Under the pieces are notes generated by a model. That model was not told where the DNA came from, did not search any database, and saw only the letters and a list, made by a program, of their open reading frames with translations. Below are positions 61,977-64,000 of a stretch of 64,000 nucleotides of DNA, piece after piece. This DNA is from Octopus sinensis (lineage: Eukaryota). Numbering within the stretch: the stretch's first letter is position 1; every line of letters begins with the position of its first letter. The position numbers and the translations under genes are program-made. The stretch is from contig NC_043000.1 in NCBI RefSeq assembly GCF_006345805.1, positions 138,322,001-138,386,000 of the forward strand, in the 5' to 3' direction.

Positions 61977-63940
61977 TATATCTTTTATTTTATTGCTATC
62001 AAAATAGTTCCATGAGTATATTTCCTCTTCCAGTTATTCTTCATGCATTATTATTATATCTGTCTCTTCAAATACATTTCTTAGATTCTTACTCTGACTA
62101 TGCGTTGCAGAGATTTCAAGGATCCATTTTGAAATAACAGTCATCTAAACATTATATTCGCCCACTTGATTCCCTTTAACAGCATTTCATCCTATGACTG
62201 ATGAGATTTAAGGTGGGACAATAGTTCTTAGAAATTCCTTTTTGCTAGCATAATAATGCTGGGAGGTTTATCATTGAGTTTTATTGCTTATCCAATGAAT
62301 ATCAGCAGCACAAAATCTTTTTTTGATTTAGGACTTAAAGGTGTATACAATGACTGCGCATAAAGAAAACTTAAACTCTTTCAATAAAAGCTTATTTGAT
62401 TGTTTTTGCTTTTACAATTTTACACTTTCTTCCTGAAATAGCTTTACATCCATTTATACATGCTAACATGAAACGAAAGGATTTTCCAAACTTGAGTATT
62501 TGCATATTTTCATCATCCATTATCTGTTTAATCAAGGGTAGAATAAAAATCTTCTCATCGAAGAAAGAATTGCTGGAGTGTGATTAATTTTTATGATTCA
62601 TACATGTTTCTTCTTGATAATCAACTAAGAGGTATTTCACAAGTTACAAACAATTCTGCAATGTTATTAGATACATTTTTTTTTCAAGTGTACTTTGGAT
62701 TGGTGGTAACACAAAATTAAAACAGGTCTGTGTGGTTAGCTCTTCTACTATGATTCAAGCACACATGAAAAATTAGGTTCAACATTGCACAATAATTAAT
62801 CACTTATAAATTAATAGTGCTGTCAATGTTCATAGTAATGAACATGTTCCACTTTGTAGTTCACATTTATATTTAAGTCGGCTGTGCCTTTAAGTGTTAA
62901 TTTGGTTGGTTATGAATAAAATCCAGCACTAGTAATAACTGGAAATCAAATGCCAGCTGTTTAACTGATTGTGAAGCACCCTAAAAACCTAGATGTTTAG
63001 TCATTGTCAAGTATTAAATGATAGGGTACCAAATGGAATGTCATATTCTTCAGCTCTTTTACTGAATTCACTCATTGGAGTGCAGCCATAATGGAGTGTG
63101 ACCTTGAAGATTTCGATCACTCAGATTAATTCCAGTGCATATTTTAAAATTTGCTGCATTATCTTACAGTTCTTTTTGGTCAAACTTAAGTTATGGGAAT
63201 ATAAACAAACCAATGTTGGTTACCATGCATGCTTATACACATGAATACATACATGCATAAATACATACATACATACTTACAAGTTCAGATTTATACCTGT
63301 AATTATCAGAGCTCTGAGATATGTAACACACTACCTAAATACCAATCTTGAGAAATTAGGATTCTCAAAACCAGACAGGAGAAAGCTAATTCGAAGACTA
63401 CAGATCCAATCCATCACTGGAACTGTAAAAATTTGTAACACTTACCAGAAGTTATTATTTAAATATACATGAACATGTCTAGATATGCAACTATATGCAT
63501 GAGAATGCAAATCTGCACATACATACATACATACATACATACAAAAATACTCTGTTGTTGATGTTGAAATTCTAATGAAAGGATCTAGATTGGAAACCAA
63601 TTCTTTCTCTATTGGCAAGAAATCGTAAAATAAACTGAATAGTGACATACATACATACACACGCACACACATACACATACACACACAATGATGGACTCTC
63701 CTATCATAAATGTCAGAGGAGAGTTCTGCAAATTCTCATCCAAACAACCTGCACAAATAATTTGTGGATAGTGATCAGAAGTTTCTGTTGCACATTAGCT
63801 CACTTTCTCCATCAAGTCAACATTACCCATACACGTGCACAATATGTTACATGTCACATGACAAAGCGATTGCAGAAAAACATGAAATGAAGAGCTTTGC
63901 TCAAGAACACAATGCACTGTATATATATATATATATATAT

Positions 63941-64000
63941 TTCTTTACTGCCCACAAGGGGCTAAACACAGAGGGGACAAACAAGGACAGACAAAGGGAT
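63941..64000 (-). mobile_element. SINE family B 3' tail, cut by the window edge
   Basis: ttctttactgcccacaaggggctaaacacagaggggacaaac. Confidence 0.8.

Overview
AT-rich eukaryotic DNA dominated by repeats. The SINE families, RTE tails and microsatellite load look like an octopus (cephalopod) genome; this is inferred from repeat content, not confirmed by a database search. There is no complete protein-coding gene, rRNA, true tRNA or CRISPR array, and nearly all long ORFs in the track are translated microsatellites or SINE/LINE pieces. Supported content: (i) four tRNA-headed SINE families; (ii) fossil LINEs (an RTE family with a hairpin-array 3' UTR, two RTE-BovB-like, two RTE-X-like, a CR1/L2-group RT, and an R4/Dong-like restriction-like-endonuclease element); (iii) two Tc1/mariner transposase fossils, hAT and piggyBac MITEs and a Helitron-like 5' end; (iv) a CCAAT/E2F promoter-like cluster at 14.1-14.3 kb. 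To the right of that cluster CpG decay rises, and there are two candidate plus-strand exons, suggesting most of the window is intronic. The most striking signal is a set of type I hammerhead ribozyme (HHR) motifs from about five short Penelope-like element families, mostly next to (TA)n. Three of these families occur as head-to-head foldback palindromes of different ages. One foldback has two core-intact ribozymes (41990-42560), and another fuses a tRNA-like Pol III head to the ribozyme module (55505-56250). Several other snap-back hairpins and an 820-bp palindrome with an identity gradient also occur. All identities and counts were done by eye and are approximate.
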